Shown here: positions 40,918 through 55,176 of the stretch, piece by piece
How the letters are laid out: each line of letters begins with the position of its first letter
Numbering within the stretch: position 1 is the first letter of the stretch
Source of the DNA: Octopus vulgaris
Lineage: Eukaryota
Assembly: GCA_951406725.2 (NCBI GenBank)
Contig: OX597814.1
Span: 37,448,001 to 37,512,000, forward strand
Length of the DNA stretch: 64,000 bases
Direction: 5' to 3'
Program-made: the position numbers and the translations under genes
The notes under the pieces: model-generated
Told to the model about the DNA's origin: nothing
Databases searched by the model: none
What the model saw: the letters and a program-made list of their open reading frames with translations, nothing else

Positions 40918-42166
40918 TATATAAGGTGCGTAAGATATTTCAGGAGATATTTATGTTTATAAAAAAACATATATATAAATACAGATAATAACTTTATTCA
41001 TCAAAAATGTTATGAGGATAAAACTAAATCTCCTTTGCTATGTTATTCAATAAATCCATCTTCACCTTCAGTAACTGCTTCTATATGATATCTAAATCAT
41101 GTATATGCTCGAATGAAGTGGCCCTGGACCATTTTGGACATTACTCTGACTATGGTATCTTTCAAAAAATATTTGGTGTTATGGACATGTTCATTGACTT
41201 CTCTCTCAACAATGCACCATATTCAATAGTCCAATGGATTTAGATCTGGGGATTTAGGAGGTCAAATGTAAGGGGATATGTGATCATGAAAATGTTTAGC
41301 CATCCATTCTTGTGTTACTAGAGCTATGTGTGATATTGTAGAATCGTACTTAAACACAAATGGCTTTCCATTGCATACATTGTCTACCCAGGGCTTAACA
41401 ATTGTTTCCAGGACTTCAATGTAGGCAACATAGTTAACTCTAAGGCCTTGTGGAAACACGTAAGGAGGTATCACTTATCCTTTATTGCTGACAACCCATA
41501 ATGTCATGACAGTTTCAGGAAATTTTGTATGCATAACACTTGGGACATCAGAAGGGTCTGCACATAACCATCTGCCATTCTTCTGTTAACTTTTTGATCT
41601 TGGTCGCAGTATTGCTCCTTTGAGAAAAACCAAATCGTATCTCCTGCTGGATGTTTCAGTTTGTTTAAGATCTGATGTAGAGATTTTCTTTTGCTTTTTG
41701 AAACATAAATTGATCTTTCTTCATCATATAAGATTTATATTTGATGTCTTCATGGACGACAAATCTGACTGTTTCTTCTGACACAGGGAAATATTTTTCA
41801 TTTGAACTCATGGACTTTCTGGGATTGTAATCAATGGTCTGTTCAACTTGTTGGATAAATTCAGATGTTCTGATGATTTTAGAGCGTTTACAATGTTTTT
41901 CATGCTTTGATACTGGTGTTACGTTTCCTTCACTAGTCTCTAACGCCTTTCGAACTTTGTAGATCTGCAACATTTAAAAATCGAGATATTTCTGAATTGC
42001 TATGCACAGACTTTGTAACCACAATAACAACATACCTCTTCATGTCTTCAGTAATCTTAGGGACTGCAATTATTATTTTCTAAAACAAATATTATACAGT
42101 GTATGCGAAATATGCAGCAACGACCCAAAAACGCTATGTCCTCAAATTTCTTACGCACTGTGTATA
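40918..42166 (-). mobile_element. Tc1/mariner superfamily DD37D (maT-like) transposon, decayed
   Basis: TIRs tataaggtgcgtaagatatttcagga / tcctcaaatttcttacgcactgtgta. Catalytic segment YDSTISH...*PPKSPDLNPLDY has 37 residues between the two Asp. Confidence 0.85.
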
Positions 42167-43044
42167 CATATATATATATGAAATACAAATACATTCATCA
42201 CATAAGCTATTATCAGCTTCCCGGGTTTCTAGAAACTTAAAAACTCGTCAATAAATATTTCTTTCTCTCAGGCTTGTAATAATGACTTTTATGAAAGATT
42301 TATTAGAAAATTATAAAGGTTGAATTTAAGAGAACACTTTCTGAAATTATTTAGATAGATATATATGAAAATTGGCTTGAGAGTGACTGTGCACGCACAT
42401 ACGTGGTTATTTTGGCGCCAGAGTGTTTTTATGTGTTCTTTGTAGATACATATGAGTGTGTAAATGTGTCCGTTTGTGATCAAGTATAACTTTAATTTGT
42501 TGAAAACAAAGAAAAAATGAGTGCAAATTATTTCGAATACATATAGAAGCATCATAAAGATTTAAAATCTAATAAAACTAAATCATCATTAAAAATTGTT
42601 GAAGGTCTTTGCAACATAAAAAAAAACAAGTTCATCGTCAATATTACAATTCCAAAAATGCAAAATCTACCGCATTTCAATTTCAGGGTAGACAAGAGTA
42701 AGGTGCAACAAAAGTGATACAAAAAGGTGGATTATTTGCTGCGAAAGTTTAAATATCAAAGAAGGTTAGTTAAAATAGGATTGGTAGTTTGGGGAAAATC
42801 ATTGAAATGTACAAGAATAATCACTCATTTCAAAACTCATGTTCAAGGATAACTATTTATAAGGGGAGTGTTTTCAATAAAATTGAAAATACCATACAAG
42901 AAAATAATGACAGAATTGCCAAAAAAAAAGGAAAATGTTCTGCTCATAGTTCACGTGTATTAAAAGACATATGGTACATCCTTTATAGAATATTTCGCGC
43001 AAAACCGGCGAATTAAAGAGCTGAACTATACAAAACAAAAGTAA

Positions 43045-45032
43045 TCTATATCTATAAAACTCAAAATGTCTGTGAGTGTGTGTGTGTGTGAGAGTATGTG
43101 TGTGTTTGTGTATGTAAACTTTTTTATGCGTTTCCACATTTTTCATCCATTTTTTTAAAATTTCTTTTTTATTAAATACCAAATTTACCCAGGCAGGTTA
43201 CTGGTGCATTAGCGATGACATGAGATAAACCATTCTAGCAGAAAAGTCGATAAAACCGAAGGGAACCCTCAATTTTGCAAACAAAAGCAAAAGTTGCACG
43301 CGAGAAACATTTTACAGGAAAGTTCGATTTTTATAATTTTGGTGTTAAAAGGACTGTCATGTTGCGACATTTCAGTTACATATTTTGGCAATGCCTTGAA
43401 GATTCTGCTTCTCAAGAAAATTGCGAAAATCTTTGAAAGAGATCGATTTTTCGCATTTTTGCTAAGATACGCCGTACAAAAATTTTTACTGCAAGAGCAC
43501 TTTCCTTGGCTTCTGCGGCTAAAAAACAACCATGTAACGGTGGTTTTATCAAGTATCTATTCTATGCTTTAACGCATCCCTGTGTAACAAAAAAATAACG
43601 AGAAAAACTGTGAAAAAATCTGTTTTCATACACTTTTTTCCTCTTTAAATCTTTAAAATCTTCTCGCTGCTTCGGTGGATTACGTTCAAACTTTACATAC
43701 TATTTACTCATCCTCAGGATAACGTTGGAAGACGACAATTTGCTTAGAATTTACCCGCGTATGACCAACAATTGCGAAAAAGTGAGTAGAAAATCGGGTT
43801 TTTGCCCTCAAATCCCTCGATTTTGACCGAGCATGAGGGCCCCAGCTTTTCGGCGACAGCTTATCGGGTGACTTCTCCAAGCAACTTCTCACCATTAGTG
43901 ATGGCACAGTTCCCTCAGATGCAGCTGGAGAGATGGTCGCCTCACACGTAGGCACACATGTGGATGACCTCACGGCAGCTGTTTTTGCCGATCTGCACAT
44001 ACACAGCCAAAATCGTAACTTCCTGTGCGAAAGAGCCATATTAGCTCCCCAAAACACATATGTTGCGAAAGTCGATGAAGACCTACTGGGAAGCCTTCCT
44101 GGAAACCTTCATGCCTACAAGTCTGTGGACACTTTTGTGGACCAAGTGGAGTGCGTTAATTTTCCCACATAATTCCTCAATTCATTGGACCCCCCCGGAC
44201 TTCCCCTCATCAAGTGCACCTCAAAATTGGAGCTCCAGCCATGCAGCTGAGGAACCTGGAGCCACCACGGCAGTGCAACGGAACGCGGTTAGTGGTAAAA
44301 TATGTGCTGCCTCATGTTATTAAAGCTATAAATCTTAGAGTTTGCGGCATTGGAAATGTGTTTATACCCAGGGTACCTCTTACTCCATCAGTTAAACAAT
44401 ACCCCTGTCGTTTGCGTCGACTTCTGTTCCTGCTTCGACTTTGCTTTGCCATGTCCATTAACAAGTCCCAGGCCAAGCACTAACAACGACAGGCCTCCAT
44501 TTAGGCCATCCATGCATCTCGTGTTCGTCCCCTGAAAGCCAAAACGAAAAAAGGTCGTCTACCGTGAGGTGCTGTAGGCCGTCCAACATGCTGCAGCTTC
44601 CCTACCGAACCCGTATATGGAGAGTGGTTACTACTGTTGCCATTCGTTCAAAATTACCTGTTTTTCTTAAGTCTTTTCCTTTATTTTGCCCGCTAAAGCT
44701 TCTTAATCTCCTTGCAGATGGCTTGTGTTTTGGCATCAGTGCACCACTATCCTTTTCAGATCTATTGTCTGAACCATGACGCGTACCTTTTCAGGGCTAC
44801 TTTACATTTAATTGCTGCACCCCCTGCGATGCTCTTGTGGTTTCTCGAAGGCTTTTCACCATGTTGTTACTACTTTATGGTGTATGGGAAAATCACTTCT
44901 TACTCAATGTCAATATTTGTAACTTATCGCTAAAAATGTTCAAAGCGATGTAAAGCGAGTAAAAACTGCTAGAAACTTTTAAGACCATTGCCGAGTATTT
45001 AATACCCAAGCAACACTGGGTATTCCAGCTAG
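43045..45032 (+). mobile_element. Internally deleted Helitron with PIF1 helicase remnant
   Basis: 5' TCtatatctataaaa. 3' hairpin aatacccaagcaacactgggtatt followed by ccagCTAG. Helicase motifs ERAILAP, LKIGAPAMQLRNL...CNGTRL and FAMSINKSQ. Confidence 0.88.
43850..44483 (+). pseudogene. Helitron PIF1-family helicase C-terminal fragment
   Basis: ORFs 43933-44172 and 44214-44483, separated by a stop and a frameshift. Confidence 0.85.
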
Positions 45033-45733
45033 GTAAACATATATTTGTGCGTTATTGAAAATTTAATCAAATTAGAAAAATGACAGCGTACGAGACAACA
45101 CCGAAAAAACTCAATCACTTTAGATAGATTTTTAAGGAAGCTATTAGGAGTTAAATACAGTTTAATGCATTTTTATATCTGGTGTTATGCATACACACAT
45201 GTCTGAATGGGGTGAGAGCTTCATGTTGTGCATCTGTATCAATAAGTGTGAGTGCATTCTGAGCGGGTGATAAGACAAGTATTCTTGTATGCGATCAGGC
45301 TGTGCATAATTTTATTTTAAATGTTTCTCTGCGAGATAGAATTAAGAGAAGAGATGAATTAATGAAAACTAACCTTCGTGGCAGGTGAGGTTTCATGTTT
45401 CAACCCTGGTGCTTATCGATTAATTATTTATATTACGAATAAAACTATACTTACAAGAAAATAAATTATAGCTAATCATCTATAATCATGTGTATGTTTA
45501 TGTATAAGCTAATATAAAAACTAAAATAAATTTATTAAATAATGTCATGCATGATCATACACACGATTTTGTGAAAATAATATCTGAAATTCACATTTTC
45601 ATTTGTAGTGGATACTTTGAATGCTGTAAAGTCAAATAGTGAGTTACACTGGCCTTCCTTCTTGACATGTAATTAGCATGTGAAACAATAATTTTTGCAT
45701 CTGTGAGATTATGATATTAAATCCTCACCATCA

Positions 45734-45771
<38 letters not shown>

Positions 45772-47182
45772 TGATTTTTAGATACAGATTTGCCGTTAGT
45801 TTCAATAGAAAATATGTATCATAAATTTGCAACAAAATATGTTTTAAGTCTTTAAGGTGATTGACTATAAAAGAAAAAAAAGAAAAGTAACATGGCTACT
45901 GAATGCCATCTGTTTCTCTTTTTTTTCCCATTGTACATGTTTATATCTTATCGTCTTGTGAAATAGTAAGTGATAAATATGGTTCTTTTTTGTTCAATAC
46001 CCCACCCCAACAGAAGTCGTATTTGATCCCGGAGTTATCACCATAGGCATTTTCCCGATTGACAAATATATTTCTGACAAGATCTTTCTTTCACAGTCAT
46101 ATATCAAAATAATACTCTTGGTCTTAGATTGTAAAGAACATTAACAAGAAAGAGGTTAATGCATATTCACAATTCACCTCGTATTATCATCTTGGCGTTA
46201 AATTCCAACAAAGTCTATCACAGATTTGAAAATTAATGCTGTCAAATGATAAAACAAATAATCAACTTTAATGTTAAAGCTGTTAAATTATGCATCCACA
46301 TTTAGTTATTCAACTTTTACAAGTTAATGTCACATTTGGTGTTGTTAGTTTTCCGACTATACAAAACTCTCAAACCTTAAACTGCCTAAGGTTCGATTTA
46401 ATTTACAAAAGTGTTTCTATTATTCAAAAATATTCTTTCATTATAGAACTGATGTGTCTGGACAGGTGCAACGTAGCATCTTATCAAATTACAATGCTAT
46501 AAAGTCCTTAGCAACACCTGATACCAAAAATGAAAACGAACATTGTTGAGAAAGTGGTGAGTCAGCAATAAGATTGGTCAATATCACAACTTAAACTTTC
46601 AGAAACATTTAAACATTTCTGTGAAAATTTAATATGTGCATTTTATTGATATTCAGAACAGTTATAAATATCTTTTATTTTCGAAGCTAAAGTTGTAACT
46701 GATTTTATATTCTATTTGTTTTCATAAACATGTACACACAGCTGTACATATAACCAGATTTATATGTGCATTCACATGGGTGTGTGAAGTATGCGCCTAT
46801 ATACACTTAGGTAAATGTGCATGCATACTTGCACACCAACACACACGCGCTTATAAATAAATATATGTGTATATACATATATATATATATATACACCCAT
46901 GGTTACACCCACACAGGTAGATTGAAGATACGCATATGTATGTGTGTGCATGTATAGGCATATTCTAATCTATCTATCTACCTACTTATTTACCTACATA
47001 CCTAGCTACCGATCTATACACCCCCCCCCCATATATATATATATATAATAGCCCTAAAACCAACATGAATGAATTTCTCTAAAAGTATATTTAATGCATC
47101 AAACGTTTTGAAAATATATAGATGTATAAAAACATATAGAGTAGTCAATACATCAAAAATATACATATTAAAATATATAAAT

Positions 47183-47470
47183 AGATGGTCTGATCAATAA
47201 GAATCTATATTAACGAAACTAAAACACGCAGTGGGGAGCTGCTTCGCAAGGATTTACTCGAAACTCTGCTATGTGTGGGCACTGAGTTTTAATGTTCTAA
47301 CTCATTTCAGCTGTTTACAACAGTGCTTGAAAGGAAAGTGTGACGCGCGTGATCGTCGCATTGACCATAGCAGAAAACATTGAACAGAGAATCTGCTACA
47401 ATTTTTTTCAAAAGCTTGGTCATACTTGTTCAAAGGCCTACGCAATTTTCAAACAGTTTTTACCGTTGTG
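47183..47470 (+). mobile_element. Mariner 5' fragment
   Basis: TIR-like start tagatggtctgatcaataag. N-terminal EQRIC...FQKLG at ~47380. Confidence 0.55.
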
Positions 47471-47474
47471 GACA

Positions 47475-47850
47475 AATTCAAGGAGAGCTTGTGCATCTGA
47501 AAACCTTGTGTCTTTTTAGTCAGTTGAATGCAATTTTGGCATAAACACGGAAGACACGCGTCTCATACTCATACCCAAATCTTCAGTGATACTAGACTAA
47601 ACTGAACCGGAGCTAATCTGCACATCTTCTGATAACGCATGTATGCTGATTCGATTAATTTCCCTAACAGCTGCACGCACATCTGCAATGTTTTTCTCAG
47701 TACTGCTGGTTGCGGGTTTCCCAGAACGCTCAATATCGACATTTTTTCTTGGAAGTGTATGAACCACTCGTACAGGAGTGCGCGACTCATACACTCCTCT
47801 CCATACGCTTTCTGCAACTTTATGTAGGTCTCTGAGCAGCTATCGATATG
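47475..47850 (-). mobile_element. Mariner transposase N-terminal (HTH) fragment
   Basis: LQKAYGEECMSRALLYEWF and DIERSGKPATSSTEKNIADVRAAVRE. Confidence 0.8.
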
Positions 47851-47899
47851 ACAACTTTCTCCATCACACTCTACACACCTTCGTTCCTAGCTCTACTGA

Positions 47900-48184
47900 T
47901 TGAGAGAATGTGTGTATGTGTGTGTGATTTTGTATCTGAAAGGGTGTCAATTGAAAAGAGAAGGGGAGGAAGAGGGAGGAAAGAAAGAAGCAAAAATGTG
48001 TTGACATCTTTGCAGCTGGTGAGTCTTTCAACAATAAATGATTCTTGGCTTTTAGAAATGGCAAACCCAGCTGTTATTTACATTCCTCTCTTTTTTTTTT
48101 TTCCTTTGTCTTTTCGATTGACACACCTTTCAGATACACAGTCGCCCACACACACGCGCGCACATGCACACATACACACACACA

Positions 48185-48222
<38 letters not shown>

Positions 48223-48470
48223 AGACAAGGATAAAAGAAATCCAGACAACTTTTTGAGAATCGACATTTTGCCCCATTCCTTGAAGTGACCAGCTGCGTT
48301 TGCCATTTCTAAAAGCCAAGAAACATTTACTATTGAAAGACTGACCAGCAGCAAAGATGTCAACACATTTTTTTCTTCTTTCTCTCGACCTTCATCTTTT
48401 CCTTCACTTTCCGATTGACACTGCTTTCAGATACAAGAGCACACACACAGGCACACAAACACATGCACAC
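47900..48470. repeat. Fold-back / MITE-like inverted repeat
   Basis: ~47930-48073 pairs with ~48291-48433 (ttgacatctttgc...cttggcttttagaaatggcaaac / gtttgccatttctaaaagccaag...gcaaagatgtcaa). Confidence 0.8.
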
Positions 48471-48793
48471 ACACACACGCACACACACACACACACGCAC
48501 ACAAACACATTCACGTACACACACACTCTCTCACTTTCTCCCCATTCCTCACCCCATTGTAGTATCTTATATCTCTCTCCAACCCTACACACGCAATAAT
48601 ACTCTAAAAGGAGACACAATTACTGAAAAAATTCAATCTGACGATTCCACTTTAGTGGACGCAAGTGCAATTATATGATTTATGAAAACATGTGACATAT
48701 TAATAAATATCTGTAAATATAAAACCATCCAGATTTCTGAGAATACCATTTCTTCTAATATATAATACCTGTACATCATATCCAAAGTTTCTG

Positions 48794-48830
<37 letters not shown>

Positions 48831-49314
48831 ACTGACGGGAAACGTTCAGTTTCTGCCTAAGCTAATAAATCCACCCAAAAGTTTTGTTCCTTATAGAGAT
48901 ATAATAATCTGGCACTTCTGGAGTGTGACTAACGAGAATATGTTGATATTTGTAGTTTATTCATTATACCACAGTGACATACTGATATTTATATTCACAT
49001 ATATAAGTACGTACTTATATTTTTGTGGTAAGCGTGTTGGACGACGTGACGTCGATGATGTAACAAATACAGATTATCGAACAGTTGTCAAGCTTTCTTT
49101 AATTGGGATTCCTTGATTTTCAGAATCACATTATAGCTAAAGCGTAGCATTAGCCATTGCTTTTCAGCGTTGCCGGCCACAAAGAAGTGGGAGATGAGTT
49201 TACAGTGAGTTCTGTTTCATTCTTTAAAATGGTATTTAGGTTCCGACACATGCACACACGCAAACACATACACAAAGCACACATGCATACACACTCAGAT
49301 ACACACACAAACAC

Positions 49315-49378
49315 ACATATGTAAATATGTATGCATGCATATATATATGTATATATGTATATATATATACGTATATAT

Positions 49379-49464
<86 letters not shown>

Positions 49465-49503
49465 ATATAAGTATATAGATATATGCATGTATTTATATAT
49501 ATA

Positions 49504-49596
<93 letters not shown>

Positions 49597-49612
49597 GATA
49601 TAATATAATATA
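49315..49612. repeat. Long (TA)n microsatellite
   Basis: Direct reading. Confidence 0.95.
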
Positions 49613-49799
49613 TTCTAGTTAAATTTGGCGGTTTTATGTTTTCTCCTATTTCCTGGAACATCTTGATGTACTGAGGAACGATAAATGGTGTTCGGGAGCA
49701 TGAAAATTAGAATTGTAGTTCAGAAAGCCTGAGTTGATATGGATAACTGGAAGCCATATGAGTATGGAAAATTGTAACCTGCATCATAACGATTCGTTA

Positions 49800-50330
49800 C
49801 AAGTATCAAAATGCCAACATTATATTTGTAGCTCAATGCTGTTGAACGCTGTAAAGTTGTTAGGCTTAACATGGGCATCACGAAAACCAACATGTGATGA
49901 CGTTTAGTCGTGTTTCCGTAACAGTTACGTCATATCACAAACTCAGTTCAGACTGGCTATGTGAGGCTGCTGCACGCTGCGATGAAACTTCGACTGGAAA
50001 GGGTCACTCCTGGTAGACAATGTCAGTGACAGCAGGATACTTATCCTGGTCATACTTCCGATATGAGTCAGAAGTTATTGTCGTAGAAGATCTACTATAT
50101 CTCTGGTCTCTTGAATCTTAGATTTTAATTCAATGGCTTACTATGTGTCGGGCTTTGTTGGGGAAGATACTAACCACTCTTCCGGTAGCCTCAACACCAA
50201 GCTGAAGATCTATATGAAAGTGGTAGCCAAAACCTTTCCCAGTGACACATTAAGGAATGTATGCGCCAAGTTCTGAAGTTGTCTTAAACCAGTGGATGAA
50301 GCTGAACGGGAGTACTTTGCGTGGAACGTT
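49800..50330 (+). mobile_element. Decayed Tc1/maT-like transposase 3' fragment
   Basis: *QQD-like segment followed by LES*DFNSMAYYVSGFVGEDTNH (NSPDLNPLDY-like). Confidence 0.5.
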
Positions 50331-50639
50331 TGCTTGACAATTTGCTTCGTAATTTTGATTCAAAATAATCCTTTGCATTTAAGGATTGGATAGTGCTTCC
50401 TTCAGTTTTCTTCTTATGAAAATTATCAACGTCACTCTGACAATGCAGTTGCCGTGGAAAAAAAACTTCCTAATATTAAAATGAGTAAAAGCATCATACC
50501 GACACAGTGCTTCCTTCTAACGGATATCCAGCCTCACTTTTCTGGCTCTTTAGTTTTCCCAACGAGATATTATATATTTGATGCCATTTACTCCTAATTA
50601 CTTCATGGCACTGATGATATCTATATGTGTAAGTGTGTG

Positions 50640-50947
50640 TGCGTGAATCCGCGTGGTTTAGAAATTAGGGCAGTCGGTACACGATTGCAAGTTTGTGAGT
50701 TCAATTACCGGCGACGTGTTGTGTCCTTGAGCAAGAGAAATTACTTCACGTTGCTCCAATCCACACAGCGGGCAAAAATGAATAGTACCTGTATTTCACA
50801 CACTGTGTCACACTGAATATCCCTGAGAACTACGTTAAGAATACACGTCACTGTGTAGTTCTCAGCCACTTGCACGTCAAATTCACGAGCAAGCTGATCC
50901 GCTGATCGTATCATATGTGATACGTCGTATTAAACGATGGAGTGCAC
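50640..50947 (+). mobile_element. tRNA-derived SINE (family of 6843-7221)
   Basis: B-box-like gagttcaatt, gtgtccttgagcaag core, and shared tail ctcagccacttgcacgtcaaattcacgagc. Confidence 0.75.
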
Positions 50948-51339
50948 CTATATATATATATATATATTTATATATATACACACACACATACAATTATACT
51001 TTAATCTGACGGTACTTTCTTCTACTGGGAGGCATAATTACCGTACTGCATTATCTAACAATTTTTTACTTTGAAAACTTTTTCACAGTTCTCTATTTGT
51101 TAACGGCGGCAAAGCGTTCAGAGAAGTATAATGACACTGATGCAGCAACAGTCAAGATTTGGTATAAGTGAATCTAGCCTAACAGAAAGAATCAAATTTA
51201 CGTTAATAAACGTAATTTGGAAAGTTCAAAACCTCTGTCCGAGATGACCTACATCTGGATTGTACAGTTATTTAATGTTCATCCTACAGGTAAGATGAAA
51301 AATAATAATAATAATAATAGTAATAATAATAATAATAAT

Positions 51340-51424
<85 letters not shown>

Positions 51425-51449
51425 TTATTATTTTTAATTATATAGAAGG

Positions 51450-51500
51450 AGCTTCTACAGGACTAGAACTGTTTCATTCAAAAGAAATCATCAGGAAGCT
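51450..51500 (-). ncRNA. Type I hammerhead ribozyme, copy A
   Basis: agcttc-CTGATGA-tttcttttgaat-GAAA-cag ttctagtc ctg-TA-gaagct. Confidence 0.8.
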
Positions 51501-51744
51501 AGTTGACAAGAGTTGTTTTGGCATTTATACATTTAGGCAGGTTTAAAGGGGTGGTGATGGGGGACTTTTTGGGGGTAGGCATGGCGCAAAACTATCATTC
51601 CTTAGGGGAGTGGTCAAAGGAATCGGTGGTAAAGTGGATAAAAGAATAAATAAAAGAATAAATAGAAAAATAGAGTTTTAGGTAAATAAGGAGACTCTCA
51701 CTTATACATATACATATATATACACATACACATACACCCGCATA

Positions 51745-51784
<40 letters not shown>

Positions 51785-52094
51785 TACACACACATACATA
51801 CACATATGCACACACGTGCCCATATGCACACACATATACACATATGTGTACATATACATACATACATATACACACATATATGCATACATAGACATATACA
51901 TATATACACATACACATACGTACACATACATACACCCATATACACATGTACATATGTACCCATATACATGTATCTACGTACACGCCCATACCCATACTCA
52001 TACATACACTTATATAGGTCTACACACATATATATATAAGTATATAAATAAGAGGGGATATACACCCCCATACACACGCGCTCACATATCCATA

Positions 52095-52156
<62 letters not shown>

Positions 52157-52234
52157 CACATATATATATATACATATATACATATACACACACACCCATA
52201 TACACATATATATACATACATACACATACAAACC

Positions 52235-52271
<37 letters not shown>

Positions 52272-52770
52272 GTATATACATATATATACACATATACATA
52301 CACATACATATATGTATACACACTCGCACATATATATGCACATACGCACACATACACATGCATATACATGCACACACATAAACACACATATTTAGTCCCT
52401 TATTTTTATTTTATTATTACTTTTGTTTATATCTTTATTTTTATCTTGACTTCGGTCAGCCATCCCGGCTGTCATCCCAAGGGATGGTCTATAGAGTCCA
52501 TTTATCTTTCTACTCACTGATACGAACGCAAACGCTCACTCACGCCCACACACTCATACACACACACACCCGCACGTGTTATATTCATACATACATGCAT
52601 CTACATACATTCACGTATATACACATACGTACACGTACCTACAGATTCATATCTACACGCATACACATACATACCTCAATACACCCACAGACGACTAGTC
52701 CATACATATACACTAATAAATATATATACACATATACATATACACACACATACACATACATACACATACA

Positions 52771-52960
52771 TCATCATCATCATCATCATTTAGCGTCCGT
52801 TTTCCATGCTAGCATGGGTTGGACGGTTCAACTGGGGTCTGGGGAGCCCGAAGGCTGCACCAGGCCAGTCAGATCTGGCAGTGTTTCTACAGCTGGATGC
52901 CCTTCCTAACGCCAACCACTCCGAGAGTGTAGTGGGTGATTTTATGTGCCACCGACACAG
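52771..52960 (-). mobile_element. 3' end of a SINE with (ATG)n tail (RTE-type tail, Meta-domain-like segment)
   Basis: (CAT)n tagcgtccgttttccatgctagcatgggttggacg...ggatgcccttcctaacgccaacc. The family assignment is from recollection. Confidence 0.65.
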
Positions 52961-55176
52961 GTGCCAGACGAGGCTGGCGAACGGCCACGCTCGGATGGTG
53001 TTTTTATGTGCCACCGACACAGGTGCCAGACGAGGCTGGCAGACGGCCACGCTCGGATGGTGTTTTTATGTGCCACCGACACAGGTGCCAGATGAGGCTG
53101 GCGGACGGCCACGATCGGATGGTGTTTGTTACGTCCCCAAAGCACGGAGGCCAGTCTATGCGGTACTGGCTACGGCCACGTTCGGATGATTTTCTTGTGT
53201 GCCACCGGCACTGGTACCACAAAGATACAAATTCCATTGATGTTCATCTATTTTGATTTGTTTTGATTTGATTTGATTTGATTTTCACTTGCCTCAACAG
53301 GTCTTCACAAGTGTCACAAGAAGGAAGGTATGCACAGGTGGACTGACTACGTCCCAGGTAGGGGCCACGGGTTATGGCCTGACTAGTCTTGCCGGGTCTT
53401 CGGATGGTGTTTTTATGTGCCACCGACACAGGTGCCAGATGAGGCTGGCGAACGGCCACGATCGGATGGTGTTTGTTGCGTGCCCACAGCACGGAGGCCA
53501 GTCGATGCGGTACTGGCTACGGCCACGTTCGGATGATTTTCTTGTGTGCCACCGGCACTGGTACCACAAGATACAAATTCCATTGATGTTCATCTATTTT
53601 GATTTGATTTGATTTGATTTTCACTTGCCTCAACAGGTCTTCACAAGTGTCACAAGAAGGAAGGTATGCACAGGTGGACTGACTACGTCCCAAGTAGGGG
53701 CCATGGGTTATGGCCTGACTAGTCTTGCCGGGTCTTCGGTTGGTGTTTTTATGTGCCACCGACACAGGTGCCAGATGAGGCTGGCGGACGGCCACGATCG
53801 GATGGTGTTTGTTATGTGCCCACATCACCGAGGCCAGTCGATGCGGTACTGGCTACGGCCACGTTCGGATGGTTTTCTTGTGTGCCACCGGTACTGGTAC
53901 CACAAAGATACAAATTCCATTGATGTTCATCTATTTTGATTTGGTTTGATTTGATTTGATTTGATTTTGATTTTGATTTTCACTTGCCTCAACAGGTCTT
54001 CACAAGTGTCATAAGTAGGAAGGTATGCACAGGTGGACTGACTACGTCGCCGGGTCTTCGGATGGTGTTTTTATGTGCCACCGACACAGGTGCCAGATGA
54101 GGCTGGCGAACGGCCACGATCGGATGGTTTTCTTGTGTGCCACCGGTACTGGAACCACAAAGATACAAATTCCATTGATGTTCATCTATTTTGATTTGGT
54201 TTGATTTTCACTTGCCTCAACAGGTCTTCACAAGTTTGGTTTGATTTTCACTTGCCTCAACAGGTCTTCACAAGTGTCACACACTTGCCTCAACACGTCT
54301 CCACAAGTGTCACACACTTGCCTCTGCCTCAACAGGTCTTCACAAAGTGTCACACACTTGCCTCTGCCTCAACAGGTCTTCACAAGTGTCACACACTTGC
54401 CTCAACAGGTCTTCACAAGTGTCATAAGAGGGAAGGTATGCACAGGTGGACTGACTACGTCGCCGGGTCTTCGGATGGTGTTTTTATGTGCCACCGACAC
54501 AGGTGCCAGATGAGGCTGGCGAACGGCCACGATCAGATGGTGTTTGTTGTGCCCACAGCACGGAGGCCAGTCGATGCGGTACTGGCTACGGCCACGTTCG
54601 GATGGTTTTCTTGTGTGCCACCGGTACTGGAACCACAAAGATACAAATTCCATTGATGTTCATCTATTTTGATTTGGTTTGATTTGATTTTTGATTTTCA
54701 CTTGCCTCAACAGGTCTTCACAAGGGTCACACACTTGCCTCAACAGGTCTCCACAAGTGTCACACACTTGCCCTTGCCTCAACAGGTCTTCACAAGTGTC
54801 ACACACTTGCCTCAACAGGTCTTCACAAGTGTCATAAGAGGGAAGGTATGCACAGGTGGACTGACTACGTCGCCGGGTCTTCGGATGGTGTCTTTATGTG
54901 CCACCGACACAGGTGCCAGATGAGGCTGGCGAACGGCCACGATCGGATGGTGTTTGTTGTGCCCACAGCACGGAGGCCAGTCGATGCGGTACTGGCTACA
55001 GCCACGTTTGGGTGGTTTTCTTGTGTGCCACCGGCACTGGTACCACAAAGAATACAATTCCACTGATGTTCATCTATTTTGATTTGTTTTGATTTGATTT
55101 GATTTTCACTTGCCTCAACAGGTCTTCATAAGTGTCACAAGAAGGAAGGTATGCACAGGAGGACTGACTACGTCCC
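52941..55176. repeat. Hierarchical GC-richer tandem array (units of ~230-410 bp built from 62-bp, 33/39-bp and GATTT subrepeats)
   Basis: The 62-bp unit occurs x3 at 52941/53003/53065. The marker ttttcacttgcctcaacagg recurs at ~53282, 53618, 53978, 54206, 54245, 54696 and 55103. Confidence 0.92.

Noticed and set aside
53282-53302. Minus-strand CTGTTGA-ggcaagt-GAAA in each tandem unit as a possible hammerhead
   Set aside because: The invariant A6 is missing, helix II does not pair, and no helix I/III or cleavage triplet is evident.
54205-54835. 33-bp repeats (cacttgcctcaacaggtcttcacaagtgtcaca) superficially like a CRISPR array
   Set aside because: The repeats are directly tandem with no unique spacers, there are no cas genes, and the context is eukaryotic.
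52790-55092. Many overlapping 60-150 aa ORFs with repeated peptides
   Set aside because: A by-product of a GC-richer tandem repeat on both strands, with no domain recognisable.
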